Source: Macrostomum lignano (Eukaryota). From it: a DNA stretch of 64,000 nucleotides. The stretch is taken from NCBI GenBank assembly GCA_002269645.1, contig NIVC01003317.1, positions 1-64,000 of the forward strand. The letters are read 5' to 3'. Numbering within the stretch: position 1 is the stretch's first letter; each line of letters begins with the position of its first letter. Under the pieces are notes generated by a model that did not search any database, had not been told where the DNA came from, and saw only the letters and a program-made list of their open reading frames with translations. A program made the translations under genes and the position numbers. Positions 12,813 to 26,700 of the stretch are shown here, in pieces.

Positions 12813-13525
12813 AATTGCTTTGAGGCATACTCACTTAAGATATTAAAACAAAGGATAGAAATGCAAATATTTCTTATTATGGCCAGCGCTGTGTGTACAA
12901 GTATATTTTAAACTTGAAATTATAAGTTTGTTGATTTAAAGTTTAAAAAATTAAATCTAATTCCAAAAGCCGTGTGAATTATCGCATATCAGTCAGAGCA
13001 GGTCCCGAATAACCCGAGAAACCATCTGCGACACACCTGACTGCAGCAATGGTGCTCAGAATTGCCGCACAATTCACCATTCGCTAAGCAGTAGTCGAGA
13101 TAAAATTTCTGACTGAGCACTAAAATTGCCAATTGCAAGTCAAAGAAGTGCATGGTTCAAGTTTTAAAGGTAAATGATTGGTTTGCAAAGCATTTAAGTA
13201 AAGAGCAAATTAAACATTTGCACTAACCTCCTTCTGCAGCGATAAGAATAAAGACAGCAATTGGTATTATTTGTAGCAGACTGAGTCCAGGCATGGATGG
13301 ACAGCTTTAGCTGTTGTCAGTGAAAAATTGCAGCTCATGGTAGATTGGTACGAACGGGATGGTGCGATGTTCTCATCATTGCATTTCAATTAGAATTAAC
13401 ACATTTACCATAGACTAAAACAACTTTTCTGAGTTATTTTTAGGCAATTGGATGATATCAATTCACATATAATTTGTTTAGCTAATTAATTTATCATCTA
13501 GTTTTGGGATCTTTGGGAGCTTATC

Positions 13526-14238
13526 GCCCACCAAGAGACAGGGGGCCCCACCAAGAGACAGGGGCGCCCACCAAGAGACAGGGGCGCCCACCAAGAGACA
13601 GCGGCACCAAACAAGAGACAGGGGCGCCCACCAAGAGACAGGGGCGCCCACCAAGAGACAGCGGCACCAACCAAGAGACAGGGGCGCCCACCAAGAGACA
13701 GGGACGCCCACCAAGAGACAGGGGGCCCCACCAAGAGACAGGGGCGCCCACCAAGAGACAGGGACGCCCACCAAGAGACAGGGACGCCCACCAAGAGACA
13801 GGGGCGCCCACCAAGAGACAGCGGCACCAACCAAGAGACAGGGGCGCCCACCAAGAGTCAGGGGCGCCCACCAAGAGACAGGGGTGCTCACCAAGAGACA
13901 GGGGCGCCCACCAAGAGACAGGGGCGCCCACCAAGAGACAGGGGCGCCCACCAAGAGACAGGGGCGCCCACCAAGAGACAGGGGCGCCCACCAAGAGACA
14001 GGGGCGCCCACCAAGAGTCAGGGGCGCCCACCAAGAGACAGGGGCGCCCACCAAGAGACAGGGGCGCCCACCAAGAGACAGGGGCACCAACCAAGAGACA
14101 GGGGCGCCCACCAAGAGACAGGGATGCTCACCAAGAGACAGGGGCGCCCACCAAGAGACAGGGGCGCCCACCAAGAGACAGGGGCACCCACCAAGAGACA
14201 GGGGCGCCCACCAAGAGACAGGGGTGCCACCAAGAGAC
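13526..14238. repeat. 20 bp minisatellite (CCACCAAGAGACAGGGGCGC)
   Basis: About 35 near-identical copies; source of the spurious ORFs at 13478-14491. Confidence 0.97.
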
Positions 14239-14499
14239 CAATTATTTTGCTGGCGACACGTTCCAGGCACATCATGAAATTTCGGAAAAACTGGGAGGTG
14301 CGGACAAAATCTAAGTGTACGTGGACTGACTGGTATTGGCTTTTATTGGAGTGCTCAAACCATTTATGCAGCAGCATAATTATTACATTTGGCTGTGACT
14401 GCATGGGCACTCCCGTTATTGCATGCACATTATACCGTGTATGAGCCTTCGGTGTCAGGTCTGAGATAAGATACAGAATATATTTGAGCATACGATGTC

Positions 14500-14625
14500 A
14501 AGACCTGATGCATATGAACTTGAGTACACGATGTCAGATCTTATGTAGATAAATTTGACCACACAATGTCAGACCTGAAGCAGATACACATTTGACGACA
14601 CGATGTGAGATTTAAGTCAGATACA
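14500..14625. repeat. Short degenerate tandem repeat (ACACGATGTCAGA core)
   Basis: 4-5 copies with ~30-35 bp period. Confidence 0.6.
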
Positions 14626-15581
14626 CAACAGACGTCTATTGAGCACTCATGGAGTCACAACTAATGAATGCAGTATTTACTTCAATCGGGTTAATTCAAG
14701 CATCTCTTATGGAAGAAGATTGTCTTATGCAAGATATTTTCCCCGTAACACGATCGAAGCTATACATGCATAGAGCTGACGAGAGGGCTGAACTCTGCAC
14801 AAAAAAGCCACTATAAGTATAACATCGGGTCGCATGTCAAGCCCCTGCAGATTCACTTTGTAAGCCCGAACGGAGATGATGAAATTCGATTCGCTGGCTA
14901 AGAGCAAAAGAATCAGCTCTATAGCTAAATCCTTTCGTGGGAGACCCGCATTGATCTCGAAATGAAGGCTTCTGTTGCAACAGACTATACCTAACAGTAA
15001 AGTCACGAAATACCCTCGTATGCATTGTCCTCAATGGCTAAATATATACCAAATCTGCGTCATTGGTTGCAGGGGTACATGCACAGTATATGCACAGCCA
15101 TTCCACTGTCCGTGTTTTTTCAATCACCCTAAAGTTTCACATTAAAATGATCTCTGCTTGAAGTAAAACGGCCCAGCATGTATTTGACTCGGTTGAATTA
15201 GCAGCAACTTAAACTGCGGACAAGCGGAGTTCCCATGAAAAATCAGTTTAGTCTATAGAGAGCACAGGGGAATCAGCGGAGCTTAGCTTAGAGCCAATGA
15301 TGCGGCTATCAAGTTGCACGGATTCCATGCGGTTGACGCACAGGTGAGGACGGCTGTAAGCCTCTCAAGCAAGGCCTCATAGGCATCAAACAAGCTTCGC
15401 TTTGGTTGTCAATGGCAACCCCATCTGCATCAACCTCATCTCCGACTCTAGTTTCACTTTCCTGAGGTTTTTCCCCAGTACAAAAGCCGCGGTTAACTGA
15501 CCAGCTGAACACGACAGACAGCAAAGCTCAACATCAAAGAAGGTCAATCTCTACAGATCAAAGCCGAAAACAGCAGAGACG

Positions 15582-17693
15582 ATGGGTTGCGGAGCGTCGA
15601 CTCAAACGGCTGGCGAGCAGCGGCCGGCCAGCAGCAGGCCGCGGTCCAGCCGGCCAGTGCGCCGGGAGCCGCGGCCGCTGAACAGCCGGAACGCCAGTCC
15701 GAACGCTAGCCAGCGGTTTCAGTCAGGCAGCTGGGGCCAGCAGACCCGAGGGGGCTCCGGTCACTATTTGCAGGTACTGTACGTCATTTCGATTCTGAAT
15801 TGTATTCACACTGGGAGTTATGGATAGTCCAGGGCAGAGTAGTTACCCGTTCTGTCACTAAACTGTCCATTCTATCTAAACTGCACCCCATTCTATCTTT
15901 AAACTGCACCTGTGCATTCTATCTCTAAACTGCACCCATGCATTCTATCTCTAAACTGCACCTGTGCATTCTATCTCTAAACTGCACCCATGCATTCTAT
16001 CTCTAAACTGCACCTGTGCATTCTATCTCTAAACTGCACCCATGCATTCTATCTCTAAACTGCACCTGTGCATTCTATCTCTAAACTGCACCCATGCATT
16101 CTATCTCTAAACTGCACCTGTGCATTCTATCTCTAAACTGCACCCATGCATTCTATCTCTAAACTGCACCTGTGCATACTATCTCTAAACTGCACCCATG
16201 CATTCTATCTCTAAACTGCACCTGTGCATTCTATCTCTAAACTGCACCCATGCATTCTATCTCTAAACTGCACCTGTGCATTCTATCTCTAAACTGCACC
16301 CATGCATTCTATCTCTAAACTGCACCTGTGCATTCTATCTCTAAACTGCACCCATGCATTCTATCTCTAAACTGCACCTGTGCATTCTATCTCTAAACTG
16401 CACCCATGCATTCTATCTCTAAACTGCACCCCATTCTATCTCTAAACTGCACCCATGCATTCTATCTCTAAACTGCACCCCATTCTATCTCTAAACTGCA
16501 CCTGTGCATTCTATCTCTAAACTGCACCCATGCATTCTATCTCTAAACTGCACCCATGCATTCTATCGCTAAACTGCACCTGTGCATTCTATCTCTAAAC
16601 TGCACCCATGCATTCTATCGCTAAACTGCACCTGTGCATTCTATCTCTAAACTGCACCCATGCATTCTATCTCTAAACTGCACCCATGCATTCTATTTCT
16701 AAACTGCACCTGTGCATTCTATCTCTAAACTGCACCCATGCATTCTATCTCTAAACTGCACCTGTGCATTCTATCGCTAAACTGCACCCATGCATTCTAT
16801 CTCTAAACTGCACCCCATTCTATCTCTAAACTGCACCCATGCATTCTATCTCTAAACTGCACCCCATTCTATCTCTAAACTGCACCTGTGCATTCTATCT
16901 CTAAACTGCACCCATGCATTCTATCTCTAAACTGCACCCATGCATTCTATCTCTAAACTGCACCCATGCATTCTATCGCTAAACTGCACCTGTGCATTCT
17001 ATCTCTAAACTGCACCCATGCATTCTATCGCTAAACTGCACCTGTGCATTCTATCTCTAAACTGCACCCATGAATTCTATCTCTAAACTGCACCCATGCA
17101 TTCTATCTTTAAACTGTACACATGTATATAAAGTAAGAAACATGTTTTTTGGCAGTTAAATACGCTGGTATAGGCCGCTTGAGACAGGGCTTGCTGAGAC
17201 TGTTTGAACTAAAATTTCTAGTAGCTTCTTTAGTTCGTCTATCTTAACAAAGTTATACTTCCTCATCTTTTAAATGATGTGCGAAATTTCCGAGGCGCCT
17301 TTGTTGACTTATGTGTCTACCTGGATACAATTCAAACCACAGGTTCACGATCAGAACGAACAACAGTTAAACAAAATTCGACAACAGCAAGCAGCAGTGT
17401 CAGAGTCTAGCAGTCCGTCAGCGAGCCCTGAGGAGCAGCTACTGAAGGAATTGAATCGTCAGCGAAAGGAGGTTTTCTCAAAGCAAATTAGCGACACTCC
17501 CTTGAAGCTGCACGACGAGGCTTGTCGCGTTGCCAAGGACGCTGCATCGGCTGCGGCGTCGGTAGACAAGGACTCTGCAGAGAAGAATTCGTCAAACAAC
17601 GAGGAGGCGTTCCGAGTATTGACAAGGATTCTAAGCGTGCAAGAGAGACAAAACCGTGAGCTGCTCGCGAATTCAATGGGAATAGTTAATTAA
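15582..17693 (+). CDS. Uncharacterised ~180 aa protein with MGCGAS (myristoyl/palmitoyl-type) N-terminus, 2 coding exons
   Basis: join(15582..15773,17343..17693); phase-0 CAG|GTACTG donor and AAACCACAG|GTT acceptor. An upstream acceptor CTCTACAG lies at ~15556. Helical Q/E/K-rich C-terminal part. Confidence 0.7.
15865..17115. repeat. 26 bp minisatellite (AAACTGCACC[CA/TG]TGCATTCTATCTCT) with alternating-variant 52 bp dimers
   Basis: About 48 copies filling most of intron 15774-17342. Confidence 0.97.
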
Positions 17694-18473
17694 GCTTGAC
17701 TTGATTAGGAACTCTTCCGCGGACTAAATGCTGTCCATGAAGCCGGTCTATCCGACCCTCAAAGCCCATTGTAAGTCTCCACAATAGCATTCCGGCCTGC
17801 TCAAGGTTTGTATACGCAGTATGTATTCTCAGCTCTCTTCTATCTAAACTCCTCTCTTCTTTTTTTCCTCTATATAAAATACGATTGCTTATTTAATCGT
17901 TAAAAAATTGTACTATTCTGAGCCGGGAATGTGTTGTCTGTGGTAATTTTTAACAAAAACTAGGATATTAGTATCAGATTAAACATGCCTTTTGAGGGAG
18001 TTATTTGTATAAATCACGAGGGCCTGACGCGAGCCGAGGACCATTGATTGCAGCCGAGGATATTCTAACCATAGACTATGATGAATTAAACGGCGTTTAT
18101 TATTTACTTCCTTCATCATCTCATCTCATCTGGCCATTGTTATGCGGTAGATCAGGGGTCGGCAAATTCTGATCCGCGAAGCCAATTCGTAGTCCTTCAA
18201 ACTTTACAATAGCAAACTGGACAAGATATCTAGACCAGTGATAGCCATGACTTCTTTTGGCCTTCAAAATATTTTCTTTTTGGAAGACAAATGCTTAGCT
18301 CTCACTGAATGTATTGGTCCTCCAGCTCTCCAAATTCGACCTTTCTTCAACACTGTCAACGTTTCTTTATCGAAAGCGAATGTTCAACATTCTTGAATTG
18401 TGAACCAAATAGTTTGAATCGCAAAGCTGGAAAAAGCATTTAAATTTCAGTGCCGCTTTATCTGACTAATCTG

Positions 18474-18850
18474 ATGACGGAGATCAAGTCAAAGAGTGAA
18501 GAAGATATAACGGATAGCAACAAAGAACCCGTGGCTGCTGCCAAAGCAGGTAATTGCGCGGTTGGTTAACTTCTCAAAATCTTTTTGAGCATAACTTGCT
18601 TGTTTGTTCGTTCGCTTTCAGTAAAAGCCAACGTCTTTTAATGACGCTTCACCAATGTTTTAAAAAAAACATTCCACCAGATCTTTGCTTCTGGAGCCTA
18701 GACGGTGACTTTGGCTGCTCTCTGGTCAATTTCATTCGCACAGCGGAGCATCAGGAGCAGCAGAGCTCTGGAGAGGACAAGACAGAGTCGAAAACGTCAG
18801 CTGGTACAGAGCAAGTCGCTCTGACAATGGCTTTTCGTGCTAAAGCTTGA
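18474..18850 (+). CDS. Possible small two-exon ORF (60 aa) or terminal exons of a larger gene
   Basis: join(18474..18549,18744..18850); GCAG|GTAATT donor and CGCACAG| acceptor are in phase. An in-frame upstream acceptor TTTCAG at 18450 suggests the first piece may be an internal exon. No recognisable homology. Confidence 0.35.
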
Positions 18851-19044
18851 CTGCAGCTGCACAGCGGCACGAAATTTCTAATATAAAGCCCTCGCTTAAC
18901 TCGTGATACCATACCAGCTTAGCGCCCTATTAGCGAGAAATCTTCTGCAGGCCGGCAGCGATAGCAGCATAATATCACTTTTATGTCAACTTTGGCACGG
19001 CAGTAACATTTTCAAGACAATCATCCAACTTTTGATCACTTTTT

Positions 19045-20340
19045 AAGCCTGATTGAGGATCTGTGAGAGTGACTGTACAACTTGATTGAGAATCTGGGAA
19101 AGTGACTGTACAACTTGATTGAGGATCTCGGAGAGTGACTGTACAACTTGATTGAGGATCTGGGAAAGTGACTGTACAACTTGATTGAGGATCTGGGAAA
19201 GTGACTACAACTTGATTGAGGATCTGGGAAAGTGACTGTACAACTTGATTGAGGATCTGGGAAAGTGACTGTACAACTTGATTGAGGATCTGTGAGAGTG
19301 ACTGTACATCTTGATTGAGGATCTGTGAGAGTGACTGTACATCTTGATTGAGGATCTGGGAAAGTGACTGTACAACTTGATTGAGGATCTGTGAGAGTGA
19401 CTGTACATCTTGATTGAGGATCTGTGAGAGTGACTGTACATCTTGATTGAGGATCTGTGAGAGTGACTGTACATCTTGATTGAGGATCTGGGAAAGTGAC
19501 TGTACAACTTGATTGAGGATCTGGGAAAGTGACTGTACAACTTGATTGAGGATCTGGGAAAGTGACTGTACAACTTGATCGAGGATCTGTGAGAGTGACT
19601 GTACATCTTGATTGAGGATCTGTGAGAGTGACTGTACATCTTGATTGGGGATCGGGGAAAGTGACTGCAAATACTGATTGAGGATCTGGGAGAGTGACTG
19701 CCAATACTGATTGAGGACCTGATAGAGTGACTGCCAATACTGATTAAGGATCTGGGAGAGTGACTGCCAATACTGATTGAGGATCTGTGAGTGACTGCCA
19801 ATACTGATTGAGGATCTGTGAGTGACTGCCAATACTGATTGAGGATCTGGGAGTGACTGCCAATACTGATTGAGGATCTGGGAGAGTGACTGTACATCTT
19901 GATTGGGGATCTTGGAAAGTGACTGTACATCTTAATTGAGGATCTGGGAAAGTGACTGTACATCTTGATTGAGGATCTGAGAGTGACTGTACATCTTGAT
20001 TGGGGATCGGGGAAAGTGACTGACAATACTGATAGAGAATCTGGGAGACTGACTGCCAATACTGATTGAGGATCTGGGAGACTGACTGCCAATACTGATT
20101 GAGGATCTGGGAGAGTGACTGCCAATACTGATTGAGGATCAGGGAGAGTGACTGCCAATACTGATTGAGGATCTGTGAGTGACTGCCAATACTGATTGAG
20201 GATCTGGGAGAGTGACTGCCAATACTGATTGAGGATCAGGGAGAGTGACTGCCAATACTGATTGAGGATCTGGGAGTGTGACTGCACATCTTGATTGAGG
20301 ATCTGTGAGTGACTGCACATACTGATTGAGGATTTGAGAG
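19045..20340. repeat. 33 bp minisatellite (GATCTGGGAGAGTGACTGCCAATACTGATTGAG and variants)
   Basis: About 39 copies in variant blocks; source of the spurious ORFs at 18981-20371. Confidence 0.97.
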
Positions 20341-20714
20341 AATGGCTATACATCCTCATAAGTTCATACATTAATTTGCTAAGATTTTTTGCACTTTAAA
20401 CTGCACAGAATCCCGCAGATTTAGACAGCAATTTTAGAACTTACATCTAGTATGCAAGATTAGATATTTTCTGCAAGCCCTTCATATCCGTTAGAAAAAA
20501 AGGGACACTGTTAATAATCAAGCGAAATATTTTTGCAAAAAAATAAAAATAACAATGGACCAAAAACTACAACTTAGATTATATATATTTCTTAACTAAA
20601 TTATACTCTTTTGAGTAGTATAATTCTTTCACACAAAATAGTTGTTATTATCAGCTAAAATTCAAGTTAATAATTCATAAACAGCTAGAAAGAGCAGGAG
20701 GCGCACCAATGAGG

Positions 20715-23700
20715 CTACAGCCACATCAGGTCAGCGATGAGGGCGAGATGATCGCTTGGATAGCAACGATTTGGCAGAGCGGTGAGCGGGTGGATGTCCT
20801 CCAGCCTTGGCAGGGGCACCGTGCCCTGCAGTTTGAGCAGCTCGGTGTCAAAGAAGATGTGATCGAGATGGCCGCTGAAGCCTCCCGTGTAGTTTGTGAA
20901 GGGCTGCGGTTCGTAGGCTGCGGTCAGGGACAGACTGTGGCTGAGCTGCTGCCTGCGGGGTTGAGATGCCATCTGGCTCAGCTGCCGGCTCTTGGGGCTC
21001 AGCTACCAGCTCCCCAGACTCAGCTACCAGCTCCCCAGACTCAGCTACCAGCTCCCCAGACTCAGCTACCAGCTCCCGAGACTGAGCTACCAGCTCCCCA
21101 GACTCAGCTACCAGCTCCCCAGACTGAGCTACCAGCTCCCCAGACTCAGCTACCAGCTCCCGAGACTGAGCTACCAGCTCCCCAGACTCAGCTACCAGCT
21201 CCCCAGACTAAGCTACTAGGCACTCAGAAGCGTCCCGGTTCTCTCACCTGTCAATCATGGCCTCCCGCCCAGGGCTGAACCAGTCGGCATGCTCAGCGGC
21301 CAGATGCCCCCTGGTGGTCAGCCAGTAGGGACCCCTGTCCGGCATGCTGTTGAAATCGCCAGCCAGCACAATGGCCAGCTGGTCACCCCTAGCCGAGTAC
21401 TCTCTCTTGATCTGATCCAGATGATGCAGCACCAGGTGAGTCTGCAGCAGCCTGACGAGATTAGCCGACGGATACCAGAACAGGTGAGTGGTGCAGGCGC
21501 ACAGGTAGCGGCCAGGCGAGTCCCTGCACCGCAGTATCAGCACCTGAGCGCACTGGCCCCGAGCCTGCCAGGTTTCTAAGAACTTCTCGTTCGCTTTGAC
21601 TGCCGAGGACAGCGGCGCCAGGGACTCCGTCGAGTCCAGATACTGATTTAGCGACGGCAGAGACCGGTCCTCGGCCAAGTCAAACCGGCTGGTACGATAG
21701 AACAGCGCCAGGCCCTCTTGGGCCGGCTTGCCGTCCTGTCCGAGTTTCATCTGGCTGAGACCGGACAGGCCGCACTCGTGCTCAAGGAACTCGGCCAGCC
21801 CGCCAGACCGGAACAGCGGCTCGTCCACCTCTTGCAGGGCCACCAGGTCGGCGTTGTAGCCGCTGAGCTCGCGAAATATCAGGCACTTCCGGTAGGACAT
21901 GGACAGGTAGTTGGGGTCGCACCTGCGGCGCGGTGCATGGGTTGCCTTTGTTGATGGGTTTACTATTAACCAATCAGATACTTTGGCCAACTTCCCGGCT
22001 CAACCAATCAGATACTTTTATCGATTCCCCTCTCAACCAATCAGATTATTTGGTCAGTTCATTCGCTCAACCAATCAGATTATTTGGTAAATTTTTCTCT
22101 CGACCAATCATATTTTTTGGTCAATTTTTCTCTCGACCAATCAGATTCTTTGCTCAATTTTCCTCTCAACCAATCAGATTCTTCGCTTAATTTTCTCCTC
22201 AACCAATCAGATTCATTGGCCAATTCGCCTCTCAACCAATCAGATTCATTCGCCAATTCCCTCTCGACCAATCAGATTCATTGGCACATTCTCCTCTCAA
22301 CCAATCAGATTGCTGCAAGTGGGCAACAGCCAGCTACTCACCATGGAAACAGCTGATTCCTGGAATAGTCCGAGTCGGCATAGAGATTAGCCAGCAGATT
22401 GTAGGACACAACTCGGACAGTGTCCGAAGCAGTCACAGCCGGGGTGAAGGCGTGCCTGGTGGATACGTAACTGTTCAGAGCATTGGCCACTGGCCCGAAT
22501 GTCTGCTGGAACTGCAGTCCTCCATCTGGTGGCACCGCAGTTAACCGGACAAAGCAATCAGCGGAATCAACAGGTAAAGTCGGACACCTGGACCGGCTGA
22601 ACTCAGTCCAGTTCGGTTTAGTCAGGCTGCTTGAAAGCTCCCAGATTCGTTCGCATTCTGAGCAGGACTCCAACTGTAGATCGCAGTGGAGAGGAAATCC
22701 GCTTAGCAACTGGCTGGTGAGCTTGCAGGACAAAATGAGGCACGGGTCTACAAGCATTTGGTAGGTGATTAAACCCGAGTTCAGACTGAGGGTGTGCCCG
22801 CTGCAGAAGGCATCGCCGCACAGAGCAGTATTGGTATCCAAGGGGTTGCCAGCCGAATCTAGAATAGCCAAATCCCTAACATAGCAGGGATGAGAGCTCA
22901 GTTCTGAGTTGGCGCCATTATTTTGCTCATCAGACTGCTCAGAAGAATCGCGCGGCTCTTTGTCTTGCTGCCTCCGTTGCTTCCGTTTTAACTTGGATCG
23001 CATGCGCGACTCCAGGTGATTGTTGATACTGGCCTAGCAAAATGATTTTTGTAAATGGTTGCTTTGCATAGGCCAATTATTCTACTATCATATAAGAATA
23101 GTAAGTAGTATGATACTCTAAATATTTTTGACAGTCAATGTGTCTCAGGGGCGATTATCAAGGTACGAGCGTATCTGAGGGGCGATTTTTAAGGTGTCTG
23201 AATGGGGCGATTATCAAGGTGTCAGACGGGCGATTATCAAGGTGTCTGAGGGGCGATTATCAGGGTGTCTGAGGGGCGATTACCAAGGTGTCTGAGGGGC
23301 GATTATCAAGGTGTCTGAGGGGCGATTATCAAGGTGTCTGAGGGGCGATTATCAAGGTGTCTGAGGGGCGATTATCAAGGTGTCTGAGGGGCGATTATCA
23401 AGGTGTCTGAGGGGCGATTATCAAGGTGTCTGAGGGGCGATTATCAAGGTGTCTGAGGGGCGATTATCAAGGTGTCTGAGGGGCGATTATCAAGGTGTCT
23501 GAGGGGCGATTATCAAGGTGTCTGAGGGGCGATTATCAAGGTGTCTGAGGGACGATTACCAAGGTGTCTGAGGGGGGCGATTATCAAGGTGTCTGAGGGG
23601 GCCGATTATCAAGGTGTCTGAGGGGGCCGATTATCAAGGTGTCTGAGGGGGCCGATTATCAAGGTGTCTGAGGGGGCCGATTATTAAGGTGTCTGAGGGG

Positions 23701-26700
23701 GCCGATTATCAAGGTGTCTGAGGGGGCCGATTATCAAGGTGTCTGAGGGGGGCGATTATCAAGGTGTCTGAGGGGGGGGGCGATCATCAAGGTGTCTGAG
23801 GGGTGATTATCAAGGTGTCTGAGGGGGGCGATCATCAAGGCGTCTGAGGGGCGATTATCAAGGTGTCTGAGGGGGGAGGCGATCATCAAGATGTCTGAGG
23901 GGTGATTATCAAGGTGTCTGAGGGGGGGGGCGATCATCAAGGTGTCTGAGGGGTGATTATCAAGGTGTCTGAGGGGCGATTATCAAGGTGTCTGAGGGGC
24001 GATTATCAAGGTGTCTGAGGGGTGATTATCAAGGTGTCTGAGGGAGGGGGTGATCATCAAGGTGTCTGAGGGGCAATTATCAAGGTGTCTGAGGGGGCGA
24101 TTATCAAGGTGTCTGAGGGGCGATTATCAAGGTGTCTGAGGGGTGATTATCAAGGTTTCTAAGGGGCGATTATCAAGGTGTCTGAGGGGCGATTATCAAG
24201 GTGTCTGAGGGGTGATTATCAAGGTGTCTGAGGGAGGGGGTGATCATCAAGGTGTCTTGTCTGAGGGGCAATTATCAAGGTGTCTGAGGGGGCGATTATC
24301 AAGGTGTCTGAGAGCGATTATCAAGGTATCTGAGGGGCGATTATCAAGATGTCTGAGGAGGTGATTATCGAAGTCTACAATGTCTCACTTGAATGCGGGC
24401 CAAGGTGACGCTGGCAATTTCTTCTTTGGTCCGATTAAAATTAAACGGATGAGGCTGCAGCTGCTGCTGCTGGCCAGACGCCAATGGCTGCGGATAAGCC
24501 AAGCTCAGGTGCAACTTGAACTCTTCAGTGTGACGAACAAACAGGCGAGTTGACTTGAGCAGCTGCGACTCAATGGCAGTTTTAGCACTAGCAGCTGCAC
24601 CAACTGAGACTGTTGAAGACATTGATCTGCTTGGGAGACTGGCTGACTTAGCTAAGCGTCTAATGCAACTGGAGAGTGCTGGAATCGGACCTGTTATTGT
24701 TTTGTGATAACAAAAATTGAATATGAATTGATATGATATTAGCATAATTAAATTATTCAAGTTAATGTGCAATCTTTGATAAAGTCTACCTTTGACATAA
24801 ATCTAAAAGTATATTTCTAACAATAATTTGCAAAATAGCAATAGACTTAGTCAATGGTATTTTTATATGAATATATAGCTATATTAGTTATTGGTGTTTA
24901 AAATCCTTTAATGTTGTCATTGACCTCAATTTTAAAACATATTATTATACAAAAATCATGAATTATATATTGCAAAAAGTGAATACCAATTAGCTTAATT
25001 AGCTTAATACAGCTTTTTGCAAGCCATTTGATATTACAAGCTCAAGCAATTAATTAATAAATAGGGAAACCCAATGCTAAAAGATAGATTTTTCAGTATT
25101 TTATGGTTTAAACCATAGGCTTTGGAGCAACCAATTTAATAATCCAACCACTTATTTAGTTATTTCTAGTCTTACTTGACACACTAGTAGCGACTTCAGT
25201 GAGATTTTGAAAGTTGAAAATGATGCAGAAAAAACGAAAATTTCTAAAACTTTAAATTTGATTGCTATTTGCTGATCTGGTTTTATAAAAATCCAAAATA
25301 TTTATAAGAAACTAGAGAAATATATCTTTCAAATGAAATACCTCCTAAACAAAAAATTAAATATTCTAGGAGCAGAGATCATTTAAACATTGTACATTTT
25401 TTGTATACATGTAAATTAGTACCACAAAACACTACTTTAAACAGATTTATTTTTCATGCTAAAAGGACCATTTAAACAAAGTTTAATGATATAAATGCAA
25501 AGTTAGATAGTTAAAGGTCCAAAAAAGTGCTTTTGCAGAAATTTTTTTTATTGTTTCTATTTGGCCTATATAAAAATTTAAAAGTCAAAACTTTTTATCA
25601 CATTTTGTGCAATTCAAAATGCTGTTTTTAATGCACCTTTACAAAATGAACACGTAATAAAAAACTGTTTGTTTGTATCTCTTCTCACTTAAAAGTTATC
25701 AAGTGTTCTTTAGGCTCATTTTTTGCCTATCTCTGCAATGTATTTTTTACCCAAGAACTGAAAATTGGGTTTTTTTATAGATGACTTCATTTTGCAGACT
25801 TTTTATATATTGTTTTTAGGAGAGTTAAACATTTTTTAGCAACATCTGCTTTCATTTTGCATGTCTCAATTTTTGGTAATAATGATTTTTTTATTTTTGG
25901 TGAACATGAAAATTTGCACTACTTACCAACTACTTATGCAGAAATATATATACAGCTTTATTCTGCATGCCATTTCTTTACTACATTTGATTCAATGATA
26001 GATAGATAACAATTTGACAAAGTTAGTAGTCTCTTATTTTATGTTTTGTATGCAATCACGAGTTCTTTTTTGAAAAATATGTACACATACACATCTTACA
26101 TGCTACTTATACAAAAAGTAGGTTATTATGGCTTTTCTTAAGCAAAAAGAAGGACTTTTACCATAGGAAATATTTTTTGAGTTAATTACTTAAAGCTAAT
26201 GCTTGCTCTAGCTTATTGAGCTAGAGCAATTGCAACTCCAACAAGTGACCTCTGGAATGCACTAAACTTGCTTGGTCTGCAATGCAAACTCATAAAATTA
26301 ATTGAACTTTATAAGAGTTAGTCTTTATTTAATATGTATGCTCAATAAGCAATTATACAATTCAATTTTAGGTACAATATATTTTATATAACAGTTATAA
26401 GTTGAAAAACATGCAATTTTAAGATATTCCATCAAATTCCTATAGCAAAAGACACAAAATTAGTGATTTTTTAAACCAAGCAATTCTAAAGTAAAAAACT
26501 ATGATTAGGTACATTCTACTAGGTGTTTGAAAAGAAAAAAATTATCAAGATATATTGAAAACTTTACAAATAATAGCCATTTACAACAAAAATAAGGCTA
26601 TTTAGAATTCTAACATTCTATACCAAATGTATATATCAAAAATACAAAAAAATAAACTTTCAAAATCTTACTGAAGGGTCTGAAGTCCCTAATACTAGCC

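Noticed and set aside
14725-15034. Short ORFs with an RPDVILI string reminiscent of restriction-like endonucleases of some LINEs
   Set aside because: Too short, with no accompanying RT or zinc-finger motifs.
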